64,000 nucleotides of DNA from Peribolospora baueri (taxonomy: Eukaryota): the NCBI GenBank assembly GCA_029717555.1, contig JAMDHS010000021.1:1-64000 (forward strand). Reading direction: 5' to 3'. The position numbers and the translations under genes were made by a program. Under the pieces are notes generated by a model. That model was given only the letters and a program-made list of their open reading frames with translations. It was not told the DNA's origin and searched no databases. This document shows, one piece after another, positions 37,593 through 51,600 of the stretch; position 1 is the stretch's first letter; the number at the start of each line of letters is the position of its first letter.

Positions 37593-40537
37593 ATGAGCGC
37601 AGCGCATGCCGTGCCGGCTGGCCAGCAGCTCCGCTTCCGAGGCAACTTGAAGGGATCGGGCGCTGTGAGCACCCCCAAGCCGCCCAGCCAGCGCCATACA
37701 GGCATCTTGCAGGATCAAGTGCGACGGTGAGCGAGCAACGGCGACAGTACCTACAAAGGGCGATGGATGAATGAAGGATCAAAAGGGCTCACGGGTAACC
37801 TGTGCGCCGCTTCCTTGGTTTTGCAACATGCTAGAAGCCAGAGGCCGCCATGGACGCCTTCATTCTCTGTCGCCTTTCGCATCCTCCTCCTCATTCGAGT
37901 GAGCGGGGCCATGTATGCTATCATTTCTGACTGCGATGAGAGTGAGTCAAGCCTGCTTGGTTTTTGTTTTTTTGCTCTTTTCTTCGTCCCTATTCGTGGG
38001 TTCATCCCTCCGGCCCCGGAACGCTGCTGAGATTTTGGCTCCCTTTGGCATACAGCATACAACTACTGGGAGCCTCTCCATTACCTCTACCGCTCCTACG
38101 GTTTCCAGACTTGGGAATACTCACCCGACTACGCCGTTCGCTCTTGGGCGTATTTGCTCTTGCACATTTGGCCCGCTTGGTTGTTGGCTAAAATGACACA
38201 TATGGACAAGGTGCGCTACATAGATTCTTCTGACATCCATATTTTTGGCCGTTTGTGACAGGAAGAGCTGATGTCTCCGCCATTTCTACACGCTTGGGCT
38301 ATAGCGTGCCGTCTTTTTCACCGTTCGCATCACGCTCGCCTTCGTGTCCTCCTTCGCAGAGGCGAAGTTCTATAAGACAGTGGTGGACAGAATGCACAAT
38401 AGGGTGGGGCGGTACATGTTCGTCTTCATGGTTACCAGCGCTGGGATGTGGGCTGCGAGTACGGGTGAGGACGCTTCAGGACGCTGCTGTCTCAAGTCGG
38501 GCAGCTTATCCTCTTTTGCACATTTCGAATGGCTTCGTGGTCTTCGTGGTCTCTTCGACAGCGCTGCTGCCTTCCTCTTTCACCATGTACACCAGCCTCC
38601 TCGCCTTCTCCTACGCCTTTCACCCCGCAACCCTCTCCTCTTCCCAGTCGAAACCCTCTGTGCCCGCGGGTAGCCGGCCGTCGGCGCATATCATCGGCCT
38701 CCTTCTGACACCTCGCCACTCCACGCTCAAGGCCACGTTCTTCTTCGCCCTAGGGGCCTTGGTAGGCTGGCCCTTCAGTATCCTCCTCGCCCTCCCATTC
38801 GTCATTGAGGAGCTCGCGGTGTATGCCGGCGACCGTGTGCAGTCCAGCCAAACTAGTATGTGGATACGGCGGAGATGGGAGCGTTTTGTCGGTGGTATGG
38901 TCATCTCTGGGGGGCTGATAGCGGTCAGTCGTGCTTGGCCCAGTGGTTTGTTCCGGTACATACCTTTCTGACCTTTTCTTGTCTTTGGCGCACGCCCGTG
39001 CTGCAGATCCCTACTATTTTCATCGACTCACTCGCCTATATGCGACCCGTCGTAGCCTCGCTCCAAATTCTTTCTTACAATCTCTTCTCTTCCTCCAGAG
39101 GTGTCGGTCCTACCCTCTACGGCGTCTCTCCGCCATGGTACTACATCCAGAACCTCCTCCTCAATTTCAACTTCGCTCTCCCTCTAGCCCTTATCTCTCT
39201 TCCCGTCCTTATGATCACACGGCGGTACGACTCCAAGCGCCTCGGGTTCATCCTGCGCGATCAGAAGGAAAAGGAGGAGACCAGCGATCCCTTCTTGCTC
39301 CTTGGACTTAGGCTCAGTGGGTTCTACATCTGGCTCGCCGTGTTGAGCATGCAGGCACACAAGGAGGAAAGATTCTTTTTCCCGGCGTACCCGTTGGTCT
39401 GTTTCAACGCCGCCGTGACGCTCTATCTCCTTCGTGGGTTACTCGAGACCGGATACATCCGTGTGACCGAGTCCCCGTACAAGGTACGTTGTGCAGCACC
39501 CAAGTCTCAATTCTTTCAAGTACCGTCGCGGCCCGGGACGCTCACCGCTTTGTATGCGTCACATTTTCCTTCAGGCATCTCGTACAAGGCTATTCTCTGG
39601 GTTCACCTTCCTGATCGTGACCACCATCGCTCTGCTCGGCGCCTCACGTATCATGTCGCAGACGGCGTATTACCACGCCCCCTTTGACGTCGCCCACCAC
39701 TTCCAGACCGAAGAGCTCCCGTATGTCGTCTCTAAAATGTTCCCTGAGGAGCTGATGGCGATGGAAGCGCGCAAAGAAGCGAAACGGCTTGAGGCAGAGC
39801 TCAACCCGCCGAAGTACATCAACAGCAAGTACGATGAGCAAGAACAGGAGGAGCAGATCGGCCTCGCTCCTCTCCAGACTCTGCCAGATGACCGGAGAAT
39901 CCGACTGTGTCTCGGCAAAGAGTGGCACCGCTTCCCGAGCCACTTCCTCGTCCCCGACGGCATCAACGTCGACTTTGTGCGGTCAGAATTCAGAGGCATC
40001 CTGCCAAAACGCTTTGTCGAGCCGAAGGACGCCCCTCAAAGCGTTCGCGCCGGCACAGGGTTCTGGGCCATGTGGCCGGAGCGATGGACAGGCACGAGGG
40101 TTAGGCAGAGCGGGTTCAATGAGAGGAACGCAGAAGAGACGGACCGTTACGTGAGTGGACCGTTTCGCTGCTGGTTCGATCCGCAACTGGTAGCCGTGCA
40201 GCTCAGCGCCGCGGAGGGGCTGAAGGAAGGCTTAAATCGAATCTGGGCTTTTCCCATATCCCAGGTCGATGTCTCCACATGCGATTACCTCATCGACCTC
40301 GACTTTTCCAACCGCTCGTCACCGCCGTCCTCTCCTCTCGAGCCACGGTACGCCGCAGAGCCGTCCAAATGGGAGCGCGTCTTCTCGGTCCCCTTCCTCG
40401 ATGCAAACGAATCCCGCTTCTGGAGCCGCGCCCTTTGGCTTCCGTTGGAGGCGTGGCAGCGGCACAACAGATTTGGAGACTACGTTCTCCTACGGAATAT
40501 GGATAGCGAGAAGCTGAGGTCCGCAGGGGTGGTGTGA
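37593..40537 (+). CDS. ALG9: Alpha-1,2-mannosyltransferase (GT22)
   Basis: ISDCDETYNYWEPLH, GFQTWEYSP, LLPSSFTMY, GWPFS, QAHKEERF, CLGKEWHRFPSHF, CDYLID. Confidence 0.94.
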
Positions 40538-40895
40538 AGGGAGCTGGGAGGGGAGGGGAGGGAGCAAGTGGGTGGTTGCAGTGTATCTTAATGCTGTGCG
40601 GTGCTTCGCTCGTTCTTGGATGGATAAAATATCAGACCGGGTGGAGGAAGACAAGTGCAATCAGTCGCGGACGGCTCTTGTGTGAGGCTGCCCGCCAGGC
40701 AGAGGCGGTCCCGCGCCGACTGCGGCCGATCCCAGGGCCCACCATATCCGTCGGGCGATCTTTCTCCTCCAGCTCTACCATCGCTATCTAAAGCCTACAA
40801 GGTCAGGCAGCTCAATATCGCCTCCTTTGCCGTCTTCATTTCTATTCGGTGGACTCTCACTCCATCTTTGCGCACCTGTTCGCCGCGAGTGAACG

Positions 40896-42259
40896 ATGCA
40901 GATCAGCACGAAGAGGCTGGGGAAGGAGCTCACCGGTGAGCAAACGGGCTCGACGTGCGTCTAGAAATTCTGTTCCTCTGCCTTCATTACCGCACTGTAG
41001 AGTACTTGCGAAACGGGTGTGGTGTCTGGCTTGGATGGATGCAAAGCACTGAGCCATGAACGTCCCCGGTGGACGAACGTGAACTGACACCCGCTCCATT
41101 TGCCGTGCCCTCCCCGCCGTGCTACGTCTCCCATCGCGCTGGCATGCACGCAGAGCTTCAAACAACGGGCCCACCCACGGGGACCAAGATCCTCAAGGCA
41201 GACGATCTTGCAGAATGGCTGTTCTCCATAGAGGTCCTTGGCGAGTCGGTGTTCAAAGGGTGAGTTGAGCGGGCGCGCCAGACTGGCCTGGGCTGACCTG
41301 GAAGGAGGGGCCGCCCCGATCGCTACCCGACTGTGCTTGTCCGACTGGATCTGACAACTTCTTTCCTTCGCGCACTCTGTGTCTTCCTGATTCTCTTTGT
41401 CGCGTCTGTCTCTTCCGTGGACAGGGAAGTCTTTGCGCTCCGATTTCGTTTCACCTCCAACTACCCCTTGGAAGCGCCTGAGGTGGTCTTCCTAACGACC
41501 GATGGCTACACTTCTCCAGAGGTGAGCAGCAGTTGCTCTAGAGAGGGGGGCCTTCACACGCGACGTAAGACGCGAATTGGAAGTTAAAAGGGCTTTCTCA
41601 ATCGTCCTTGTTCTTCATCTTGTCATAAGCACCCACACGTCTACTCGAATGGTCACATATGCGCATCTATATTGGGGCCTGGGTGGTCACCTGTGCTGAA
41701 TACGTTCTCGGGTAAGTTAGGAATGCTGCTCCATTCTTCCTGTAGTGTAACCAGCGTAGACCCAGGTTAACCTCCTTTTTCTTGCCGCTAGTCCTGATCA
41801 CTTTGCAAAGCATGCTGGCGTCGTGTCAGGTGAGCCTCGCGTTGTGCACTCGTTTGCTGCTTCACGTCCACTATGGCCACGTCTTCAGATCGGAGTCCTC
41901 GTTCATCTGTTTTGGCCTGTCGCTTCTCGTACTTACCCGCACGCTCCACAGAAAAAGGAGAGACCACCTGGTGAGGGCGCGGCCACGTCGTCCGCCCATG
42001 GATGTGCTTATGGACCATCATCTCCCTTCCAACTTCCCTCTCCTCAGACAACGACCGATATGTCAAGACGGCGCCACTGTCGCCCAAGCAGACCCGCTTC
42101 GTCTATCATGACGACACGTGAGTGTGCTGCTGCCTTGCACGGCCTTGAGGAAGGCGGAGGGTTTTGAACGCGCCCGGTTTCATCGTCCTGAGAGCTCGTA
42201 TTGACCCATCGCTCTGGCACCCGTTCGCTTTCGCTTGCGTGACCTTGGACAGCGTTTGA
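40896..42259 (+). CDS. UBE2W: Ubiquitin-conjugating enzyme E2 W-like
   Basis: Eight exons giving MQISTKRLGKEL...YPLEAPEVVF...HPHVYSNGHICASILG (HPH variant typical of UBE2W)...TLQSMLASC...DNDRYV...FVYHDDTV*. Confidence 0.88.
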
Positions 42260-42457
42260 GCAGTGGAATCTGACACGGACGTCGTGCCATGTTCCACGCG
42301 TTTCCGCCGGCCCTGCCCCGCCTCGTTCATCGGCGGTGTACGGAGAGCTCTTTTCTTTTTTTCTCCTTTCATCTTGTATAATAGCTGCCATTCTCATCCT
42401 TGATGTACCTTTTGCAAGGTGCGGCGTTGCATACCACCCGTGTGCGTGTCCGTCGTG

Positions 42458-42479
42458 TCAGTCAGTCAGTCAGTCAGTC
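42458..42479. repeat. (GTCA)n microsatellite
   Basis: Direct reading of the sequence. Confidence 0.9.
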
Positions 42480-42562
42480 GGTCGTGGTTCCGCCCTCCTC
42501 CCCTTCGATTTGTCTTGTTGTCGGTTAAAAATACAGGTGAAAATACAAAAGAGCGCGCACGC

Positions 42563-44053
42563 CTAAGCGTTCACTCGACGCACCTCCTCCATCTCCTCCC
42601 GCCGCATCTCCTCTGCCTCCTCGGCCCCATATCCCCACTCCTCGGACGGCTGCAACCGCATGGACTGGTCGATGAGCTTCAAGTACATCTCCGCGATCTC
42701 TTTGGCCCAAGACGCTTGCTCCCTCCACCTCGCCTCGTCCTCCCTTCGCCTCGCCTCCACCCTCCCGCGGTCCGTACCGCCCTCGCCGTCCGTTCGGGGC
42801 CCGTCGTCCGATTCGGAGCCCGACGGGGGCTGCGCATCGACCGAGGATGTGCCTCTGGAGGGTCGCTGACGCGAGGCAGACGTGGCCGACGGACCGCCTT
42901 TGTCAGAGAAGCCAGACCTGGAGCTGGCGTCGGAGTCGGCTTCGGCGTCGGTACCCGTATCCGTCGAGTCGCCGCCCTCGGCCTCGGCAAGCCCCCTCTT
43001 GACCACGCTCGCTGCCCTCTTGCGCTTCGTCCCCGCTCTCGGCCTCCCGACCGTCCGAACGGGCCATCGGAGGACCTTTCCGGCGAGTACGTCGTCGGCC
43101 AGCCGAACGGTCGCCTGGAAATAGGAGCGTGCGTGGGCGAACGTCTGCGGTCCGCGGTCGCGGAGGGCGCGGAGGAGGGCGGGAGTGGGCGGCGATTCGG
43201 TGGACGGGGTGCGGTCTCGGTGGTCTTCGACAAGGACAGAGGAGGAGGAGGGAGCGGACGACGGCTGCTGGCAGAGAAAGAGCTTCAAGAGGCCGGCGTG
43301 GAAGTGAAGGGAAGGATTATAGGAGTAGGGCGTGGAAGGAAGGTAGCTGGATGATGGAGTGAAGGGAAGAAATAATCAGTGCGAGGCGGTCGAGGGGGGG
43401 GCAGAGGCGAGCGACGAGACTCACAGCTCGAGCTCGTCGACGGCCTCGCGTACGCGACCGAGGGAGACGAGCTCGAGGACGAGTTCTTGGAGGATGACTT
43501 GTCGCTGCGGGCGTCCCCGTCGGATCGCAAGCCGGAAGACGAGGATGGGAGAGAGAGAAAGAGAAAGAGAAGAAGCGACGAGCCGACGGATGAGATATGA
43601 AATGTCATACCGGCCTCGCAAACGCAAACGCAAACGCAGCCAGCTCACCTCCTTCTCATGGTGCCTAAACACGGTACGCAAATATTCCGCCCTCCGCCCA
43701 TCGCCCTCCCCCCTCTCCCCCCCTTCCCCCTCCTCCCCCGCTCGAACAACCTCAGCACCAACATTCCAAAGCCCCGGCGCACTAACCTCATGACACCTCA
43801 ACAAAATCCCCAAAGCCCTCTTCGCTCTCCTTTTATCCCTTCTCAAAAGAAAAAGAAGTAAGAGTTCGTGGAGGCGAAGGACGTGGAGACGGCGGAGGGA
43901 GGTGTGGGGGTTGTGAGGGGAGGGTGTGGGGGTGACATGGCGCAGGGCGAAGGATTGGGTGAGGGAGCGGTGGCGGGGGCGTGAGGGAGGGGAGGAAAAG
44001 TGTGGGTGCTGGCGGCGCCCTGCGATCGCCGTCGTCGTCGTCGTCGAGGTCAT
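42563..44053 (-). CDS. Putative RNA polymerase I core-factor subunit RRN11-like helical protein
   Basis: Three exons giving RRLHVLRLHELLLLFLLRRDKRRAKRALGILLR...EAVDELEL|YLPSTPYSYNPSLHFHAGLL. This resembles the Rrn11 N-terminal pattern from recall only. Confidence 0.6.
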
Positions 44054-44670
44054 CACAACGCCGCCCTCGGCTGCTCTCACGTCCGGCGGTGACCGTTACG
44101 AGAGGGGAATGAACGAAACGAGAAAGAAATTAACTGCGGCCGATCCGTCGCGCCTCTTTACGCGCCGGCGACGAAGACTCGTTTGAAGGTCACCCGGACA
44201 TTGCTTTCATTTCTTCCCTCTTTTCGGAAGAATGTTATTCGCGTCAAGGACTAATATAAAGCTAGGACTGACCGGGGAACAGACGGACACGAGAGAGAAG
44301 CCCGATAAACTTGATCTTTCCGCGCATTTACCGTTACCTTTCTACCCGTTCATCCCGATACGAAAAGCGGGCCAGGCGCTCCACCATCCTTCCTCCTGGA
44401 TTCTTCCTTGATCCGTCCCTTCTCTACCAAAACATGACAATCACAAACGCACGTTCGCCCGTGCGTCCCGGGGCTCGTTGAAGCGCGCGCGGTTCGTCTC
44501 GTCGGTTTGTCGACGAATGGCGTGATCGAGGGACGAAAAAAAAAAAGGTCGAGGATAGGGCGGGGACTAGGATAGAAGAGGCTCACGGTGGTCGTTTACG
44601 ATGCCGGCGGTGGCGGCGGACGAATATACTACAGGGCGGCCCGGCGAGACGAGGACGAATGAAGGACGCA

Positions 44671-46811
44671 TCAGAGCTCAGCAAAGACCTGCTCGACCGT
44701 GTCGAGGAGAATGTCGGCGTGGTGGTCGCCGAAGACGAGCATCGGCCGGAGGCGGATGGCCTGTGCGATGAGATGGACGTGGGACGGAGGAAATGGGGGT
44801 CAGTTGCGGTCGGACCTGGGAACGAAGCGGCGTGACCGAAACAGACCTTCTCTCCACACCCTCCCAAATGCACGCCCTTGTTTCTGGCCAGCTTGGCGAA
44901 CCGGTCCCTCTTCTCAGGCGACTCGAGGTCCCAAGCGATAAACGTCCCCTCGTCCTTGCCCCTCAGTCCGAACAGCTTGCCCTCCGCCTTTCCGCCAGGA
45001 GCGGCCATGGAGGCGAGGCTGTCGTAGACCCGAGAGCCGACCTTGGAGACGGTCGAGAGGAGGTTGTCTCGTTCGATCACGCGGATGATCTCGCGCGCCT
45101 GGAGGGCTCGGACCGGGTCGCCGAGCCAGGTGTTGTAGCTGCGCGAGAAAAAAAAAAGGCACAGCGGGAAGAGGCGGGTGTAAGTATGCTCGGGGCGAGA
45201 CGACGGATGATCGTCGCTCGTCGATCCGCTCACTTTCGGTATGGCAGGCTCGGCCGAGTCTCGATGTTGTGATAGAAGCCGGCGGCCTGCATCTTCTTGG
45301 AAAAGGTGACGAAATCGGGAGGCGTCTAAAAGCCGGAAGAAGACGGCGGGGTCAGCCTTTGCAGGCGGCGGGGAAAGGAAGGGGAACGCGCACCTCCAAG
45401 TTCCACTTCTCGTGCGCCCAGAACCTGCCGGTACCTCCGACGCCGGTCTGGACCTCATCGACGATCATGAACACGCCGTGCTTCTCGGTGATCTTGCGAA
45501 GACCTTGGAAGAAGTGGGGGGAAGCGTGATTGTCGCCGCCTTCGGACTGGACGGGCTCGACGATGAGCGCAGCGACTGGGCGGGTTTTCTTGCTGTTGTG
45601 GACGAGGAGACGAGGGCGAGGAACGGTCAGCAAGTCACAGCCATGCGGAGGCGGGCTTCCTGTCGCCATCGCACACGCACGAGTTGACGATCGTCTCCTC
45701 CACGACGGCCAGGGCGTCGTCCTCGGCCTTTCGGTTCTCCCTTTCATGCTGCTCGAAGGGGTATTTGTTCGCCGGCCAGGGCACCGCGGGCCAAGGCATG
45801 GCGGGGATGTCGATCTGACAGGAGAGAAGAAAGGAGATGAGTCGAGTCGCCATTCGCTGCGAGGGAAAGAGTGGGGACGGACCTTGTGGATGTACTTGCT
45901 CCTCGTCGTGCTCAAGCTGCCGAAAAGCCTGCCGTGGAAGGCGGACTGGAAGCTGAGGATGCTAAGATCGGGAGAGCCAGGTGCCTGGTTCTTGAGACAG
46001 GAGGTCATCTCGTCAGGGCTAAAGGCGGTGGAGCCATCGGAGCGCTCGCGGGCTCGGTAAGCCATGAAGGCGGCCTTGTAAGCGGACTCGTTGGCACAGC
46101 TACCGCACATGGCGGTGAAGAGGTGGTGGAGACCATTGGGCTTGACCTTGAGCAAACCGGTCTCGATCCACTCGGCCCATTGGACGGGGGGGAAGCTGCC
46201 AAGGGCGGGTCTGTTGATGGCGGCGATGGCAAACTCATCGGACCGGGCGAGGCGGAGGAGGTCGGGGTGGTTGTAGCCGACGGGGATGGAGGCTGGGCGG
46301 GAGGAAAGGAGAGGCGAGGTCAGCGCCGTTCGACGTGCGACGCTTCTCCCATCTCGTTCGTTCTTTTTTTGTGCAGATCGCTGGCTCGCTCACCGATCTG
46401 AGCAAAGACATCGAGAAGGACGTTGTCGTCGGCGTCGACGAGCCAGTTGCCGTTCGACTTTGCATAGTCTGCGGGAGAGGGGGAGCGAGGGCGAGGGCAG
46501 GGTGAGCGTACGGCGATCGCCGTCGTCCGCCGTTCTTCCTTCGTCCCGTCGCGTCCCGTCGATCGATCGAATCGGGACTCACCGCCGACGAGGACGTGCG
46601 CCCTGGGCTCCTGGAACTGGCCGACGTCTGCGCTGAACTGGGCGGTCCTGGGGCCGGGGACGGAGGCGGTGCGCAGCTGGGGGCGGTGGAAGGCCTCGTC
46701 TGGGAAGGGCTGGGAGAGCGTGGATGAGGCGGCGGGGGTGGCCAAGGACCGGCGGAGGGCGGGCGCGAGGGGTACTCGGCGGCGTGCGACGGAGCGGAGG
46801 AGGGAGGCCAT
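44671..46811 (-). CDS. UGA1: 4-aminobutyrate aminotransferase (GABA-T), with mitochondrial presequence
   Basis: [87 protein letters not shown] (PLP Lys), YNTWLGDP. Confidence 0.96.
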
Positions 46812-47749
46812 GGCTAGGAGAGAGGGTGGTGGTGGTGATGAGGATGGTGGTGAGCAAGGCGGGGCGGCGGGAGGAAGTCGGGCGGGAGGCGGGCAGGCAA
46901 GACAGGCCGTCGTGATCGGCGGCGGTGCTTTTATCGGTCACTCCGTCGTCGTTAATCGTCCGTGGTCCGCGGTCGACGGTCAATCTTGGTCCCAGCTCGT
47001 CGTCGAGCACGGCGACCATCGATCGCATTGCTGCCCTCGTCCGTCGCTCGCCCCGTCGCATTCCGGCCGGCCAATCGCGTAGAGCGGCGGCAAGCCGGCG
47101 ACCGACACGGCTCGCCGTTCCTGGCACTTAGCCTGCTTGTTCTCTCAGAGCGTCCGCGCTCCCGTTTAGCCGCCCGGGACGGGACGAAGGAGAGGTGGGG
47201 GGCGGCGGCAATAAAATGGACGAGGAGGACGGGAGGAACACGACAGAGGGGCGTAGGAAAACGGAGATGGATGGTGGGACAGACGACCACACGTCCTCTC
47301 CGCCGCTCCGTTTCGCAGAATAACGTGACGGCAACGTCTTACGTCTTTAACCGCCTCCCTTCCCTCCCTTTCTCCTACCACGTCGCCGACCTCGTCCCAG
47401 CGCCTAACCCACTCCCTCGGGTCTCCGTCGCTCGCGTCGGCCAACCTTAACCTACTACGCCCTCCGGCCCGAGGTCGAGGCTGATCCCGAGCCCGCGGCG
47501 ACCGGGGTTCGTCGACCGCGTAATCGTCGCCGTCTTCGCCCTCGTCGCTGTCTCCCATCGAGCACCCTCCGCCGCATGGCTCTCACGGAACGGAGACGAG
47601 ACGCACGGCGATCGAATGCGGTCGGAAGCGGGCGGTTCGAGTCGAGTCGAGTCGAGTACAAGCGCAAGTGCGAGCGCATTCGCCACGCGAACGAAAGCGA
47701 CTAGCGCCTAGTTCCCTCCCGGTGACAATAGCGGGTAAGGCTGCAGCGG

Positions 47750-48330
47750 CGGCGGGCACATACGTACATAGATACATACATACCTGCTTAACCTACCTAC
47801 CTACATACACACACACATGTGCACACACAATACCTGGGCGGACGAGGGAGCGTTAAGTGGTAGTTTTTGGCAGTGTAGTATAGTATAGTGAGTGCAAGTG
47901 CAGTGTAAGGGTAGCGTAAGTGGCCGCGTGCATTGCATTGCATGAACGGCATGCCATCCATGACTATGACTGCGACTATGTTTGTAACTGCCGCCTCCGC
48001 CTCCCTCCGTCCGTCCTTCGTAACCCATCCCATCCCATCCCATCCCATCCCATCAGTCCTTCGGCTGCATTGGGTTCGATTCCCCCGCGCCCGGTCGTAG
48101 CCTTTCCTCTCCCGTCTCCCTTCTCCCCCGCTCATGCGTGGCGTGGCGTGGGCACCGCAAGCCACACCGTCGCAGCTCATGGCATCCTCCAGCCCAACCT
48201 CTCTTCCCCTCGCTGCCCCTTGCAGCCCCCTTTCTGTCGTATGTAACGTGCATATGTCTGTATGTATGTATATACACGTGCCCGACCATCCTCCACCCAC
48301 CCCACCCATCCAACCCGTCCAACCTATCCA
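47750..48330. repeat. Low-complexity intergenic tract with several short simple repeats, including (CCCAT)6 at 48024-48054
   Basis: (TACA)/(TACC)/(TAGTA)/(CCCAT) runs read directly from the sequence. Confidence 0.8.
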
Positions 48331-48672
48331 TATCTGCTCCCGTCGTCTTCCCCCGGTCTCCACCCATCGACAAGCGCAGCGCGGCTAAACGGACGACGGC
48401 GGACAAAAAACAAAAAACAGCCAACAAGGATGCATAGATGGGACCAAGAAACCGTCCGTCCGTCTATTTTCGATCGATGCACAACTCGCGTACGCTTCCC
48501 CGACCCCCCCCTCCACCCCGACACGGAAGAAGGATAAAAAAAAAAAGACAATAAGAGTCCAACGCAAGCAAAAGAAAGCGCATGCAAACGAGGCGCCCGG
48601 CCTCATCGGGGTATCAATCATCCACCGTGCCCTCCATCCAACGGACGACGGCATACGAGCCAAAACACCCAT

Positions 48673-51600
48673 CTAGCACGTCTGCCACCCTTCTTGCGTC
48701 AGCCGTTGCTTCGGCCACGGTCGTCCGAACTGCAGGCGCGTTGTGGAAAAGACGAAAGAAAAAAAAAAATTTGGGTCAGGATGTCATCATCAGGGGGACC
48801 CGCCCCGTAACCACTCACGCCTCCCGTCGCCGCCTCGCCCTGCCAGAAGGTGATGTTCGGGTTGTTGTACACCTCCGAATACTGTGTGCCCCGACGACGA
48901 AGCCGAAGCGAGTGAGCAGAACGAAGATGCAAACAAACCGTCGCCTCGGTTTACCTTGTTGATCCAGTCCTTCGTCGGGAAACCTTTAGGATCGCAGCCC
49001 CAGTTGATCGCGTTTTTCGGTTGGTACACTCGGACTGTGCGAGTTCGAACCGACCGATCACCGACCGACGGAGGAGCGAATGAACGGTCAGATCACCAGT
49101 CAACGAACGCCACCATCGTCCCACCACGTCTTCCTTCACTCACTGTAGTCGACCTTCATATGCACCGGGAACGTGAGTTTGGCCCAGCTGACGAACGACA
49201 AAGTTCCGATTTCCATCAGCAAAAACCGCCAAGACCAACGATCTCATATCCATCTACGCGCCATGGGCAGACGGGACCAAGCAAGACTCACTTGGCCGGT
49301 TGAAAGCCGTGTGACATGCCGAGGTTGAACATGATGTACTGGAAGCCCGGTCAAGCCGGTCGCACCCCCACCGGTTCGTCAGCATAAAAAAAAAAAAAAA
49401 AAAGGCGAGGTGGGCTGAAACAAGGCTCACCATGGGCTCCTGAGGGACCGGACGAGCGCTGATGCCGACACGAGCGTCAGCGTCCAGGGCCGCCGAGGTG
49501 ACCCTCCACGACTGTTGACCGTTGTTCTGTCGAAAGGAGAGCGAGCGACCGTCATTCAGTCAAACCGCCGCGATCATGACCCGCTCCGAAACTTCAACAT
49601 CCACTCGCACCCGCTCCCGCCCCCACTCACCAGCCACGTGATGTACCCATTCAAACCAGGCTCGTACTCCACTCCATATCTCGCAAACATCTGGTCCGTC
49701 AGCTGGTAGGCAGAGTTGTTCGCCGGCGCCGTCCCGGATATGGCTTGTTGAAGTGCCGAACCGGTGTACGAGTTCATTTGGGCACCCGGTTGGAGAAATT
49801 CGTAGGCTCCAGGAGTGTTGAGAATGGTGTAGTTCCTGTTGAACGGAGCGAGCCTGAAAGGGGCATCAAGGGTAGTGACGGCGCAAGGAGCACGTCAGCC
49901 CCGGGTTGACACGGATGAGGGGCGAGCGCCTGCCATCGGTCACTCACTGAAGCGACTGAGAGAGAGCGCCGCCGGTCGTCGCGAACGCTTGTGCTTCGAA
50001 AACTGTTTCGAGTTGCCGGGGGAGAGCAGAGGGTGAGTATATGAAACGCCACGCAAGTCGAGACCGGGACAGGGTGAGGCCGGCTCACCGTCAATCTCGG
50101 GCGCGCTCCTGCCAACAAACGTCCCGTCCGGGTTTGTTGGCCCAGGATGGTCCTCGCCGGGGCAGGTGCAAGCAGAGAGCCTTTGTCCGGGCAGATTGCT
50201 GAGAATGGTGCCGTACTGGCCGATGAGCTGCGCGTCGGCGGGAGTCTTGTTGGCGAAGGATTGGTTGGGGAGGACGCCGACGTCGCAGCTGTCGTACGAA
50301 TACGGCCAGAGACCCTGTGGGAGAAGAAAAGCGAAGAGAACGGGGATCGGTCGGTCGGGAGAAAGTGAGGGAGGAGGAGGAGGACAGTCCTCTTACTCAC
50401 GTCTGTCGTCGCACCGTATCCAGCCCTGCCGAGCTGATTTTCAACGCGGGACAGGGGACGTGTGAGCAGGGCGAGACGAGAGAGTCGTAGGTAGCAACGT
50501 AGTACTCACGTTGCCCATCGCCCAGAAAGCGGGCCACAATCCGGAGACGTAGGGGCTGCCGGGCAGTTGGATGGCAGCCCTGAACGAAGAAAGCAAGGCG
50601 AGGTCGAGGTCATGACATGGTCCCCAACAACAAACACGAACCGGTCGGAGCGAATCACGAGCTGACTCACTCCATGTAGCCACCGGTGAAGCAAAACTTG
50701 TTCCAGCTTTGGAGCATGCCGGATTTGAAGTTGAGGTCGTGGCCTTGGCGCTCGTCCATGGTGATGACGAGCGATCCGTTGGAGGTGGTGATCTGGTCGG
50801 GTGTGTACCACTCCGCGTCTTGCGTCGCCCAGTAGTAAAAGTCTGGCGCCTCCCAGTAGGGGTCGTCGCCTGGGTAGAAGGATCGGCCATCGGTGTTGAA
50901 CTCGTCGCTGTAGAGGCGGATGAGGGTCACGACGCGAGACGAGATGGACAGGACAAACGGGAGTGAGCACGGGCGACGTAACGCGTGGACAGATGACAAA
51001 AGATATAGCTCACCTGAAAACAAGCTGGTATTGGGTTTTTCCATCGCTGGAGATTGCAAGATGGCCGACCAGGTAAGAAGCGGTCGAGGCGGATCGCCAA
51101 ACAACATAAAAAGAGACAGACGAGCGGACTCACAAGCCAGTGCGGGTGTACGCTTCTTTTGGGGTGTCACGGTCGACGAGGTCGAACATGTTTGGAACGT
51201 CGGGGACCTGGCCGGTGGAGTTTGCGATCTGTTGATCACGGTGGGCGGGCGAGCGGGTCAGTGAGAGGGTATGAAGGAGGAAGAAAATAGGACACCGTTT
51301 TTTCTTCTCACCAGGCTCGAGTCATGTGAAGTCCTGAAATAGCTCAGGATGGGGTATCCTGCGAAGAGCTGGAGAGGAAGAGATGGGGATGGAAAGGCAG
51401 AGGCATGAACGACGAGAAGGTGGGGCGACTGGGAGGAGGATGGACGACGTGGATTTATGTGCGCACCATGATCAAGCCGCAGCCGAGGATGAGGAGGGAG
51501 CCGAGGTTCATCAACCCCCTGGCGGTGAAGACGGAGCCATTGTCGTCCTTGCCGTCCCTGAGGGCGCGGTCGTCGTCGTCGTCGTCGGGCCCGCTGGTGC

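Noticed and set aside
44180..44350. Hairpin ttcttcc...ggaagaa and AT-rich stretch as a possible ncRNA
   Set aside because: I could not identify any snRNA, snoRNA box or tRNA signature; it is more simply the RRN11-like promoter / UGA1 terminator region.
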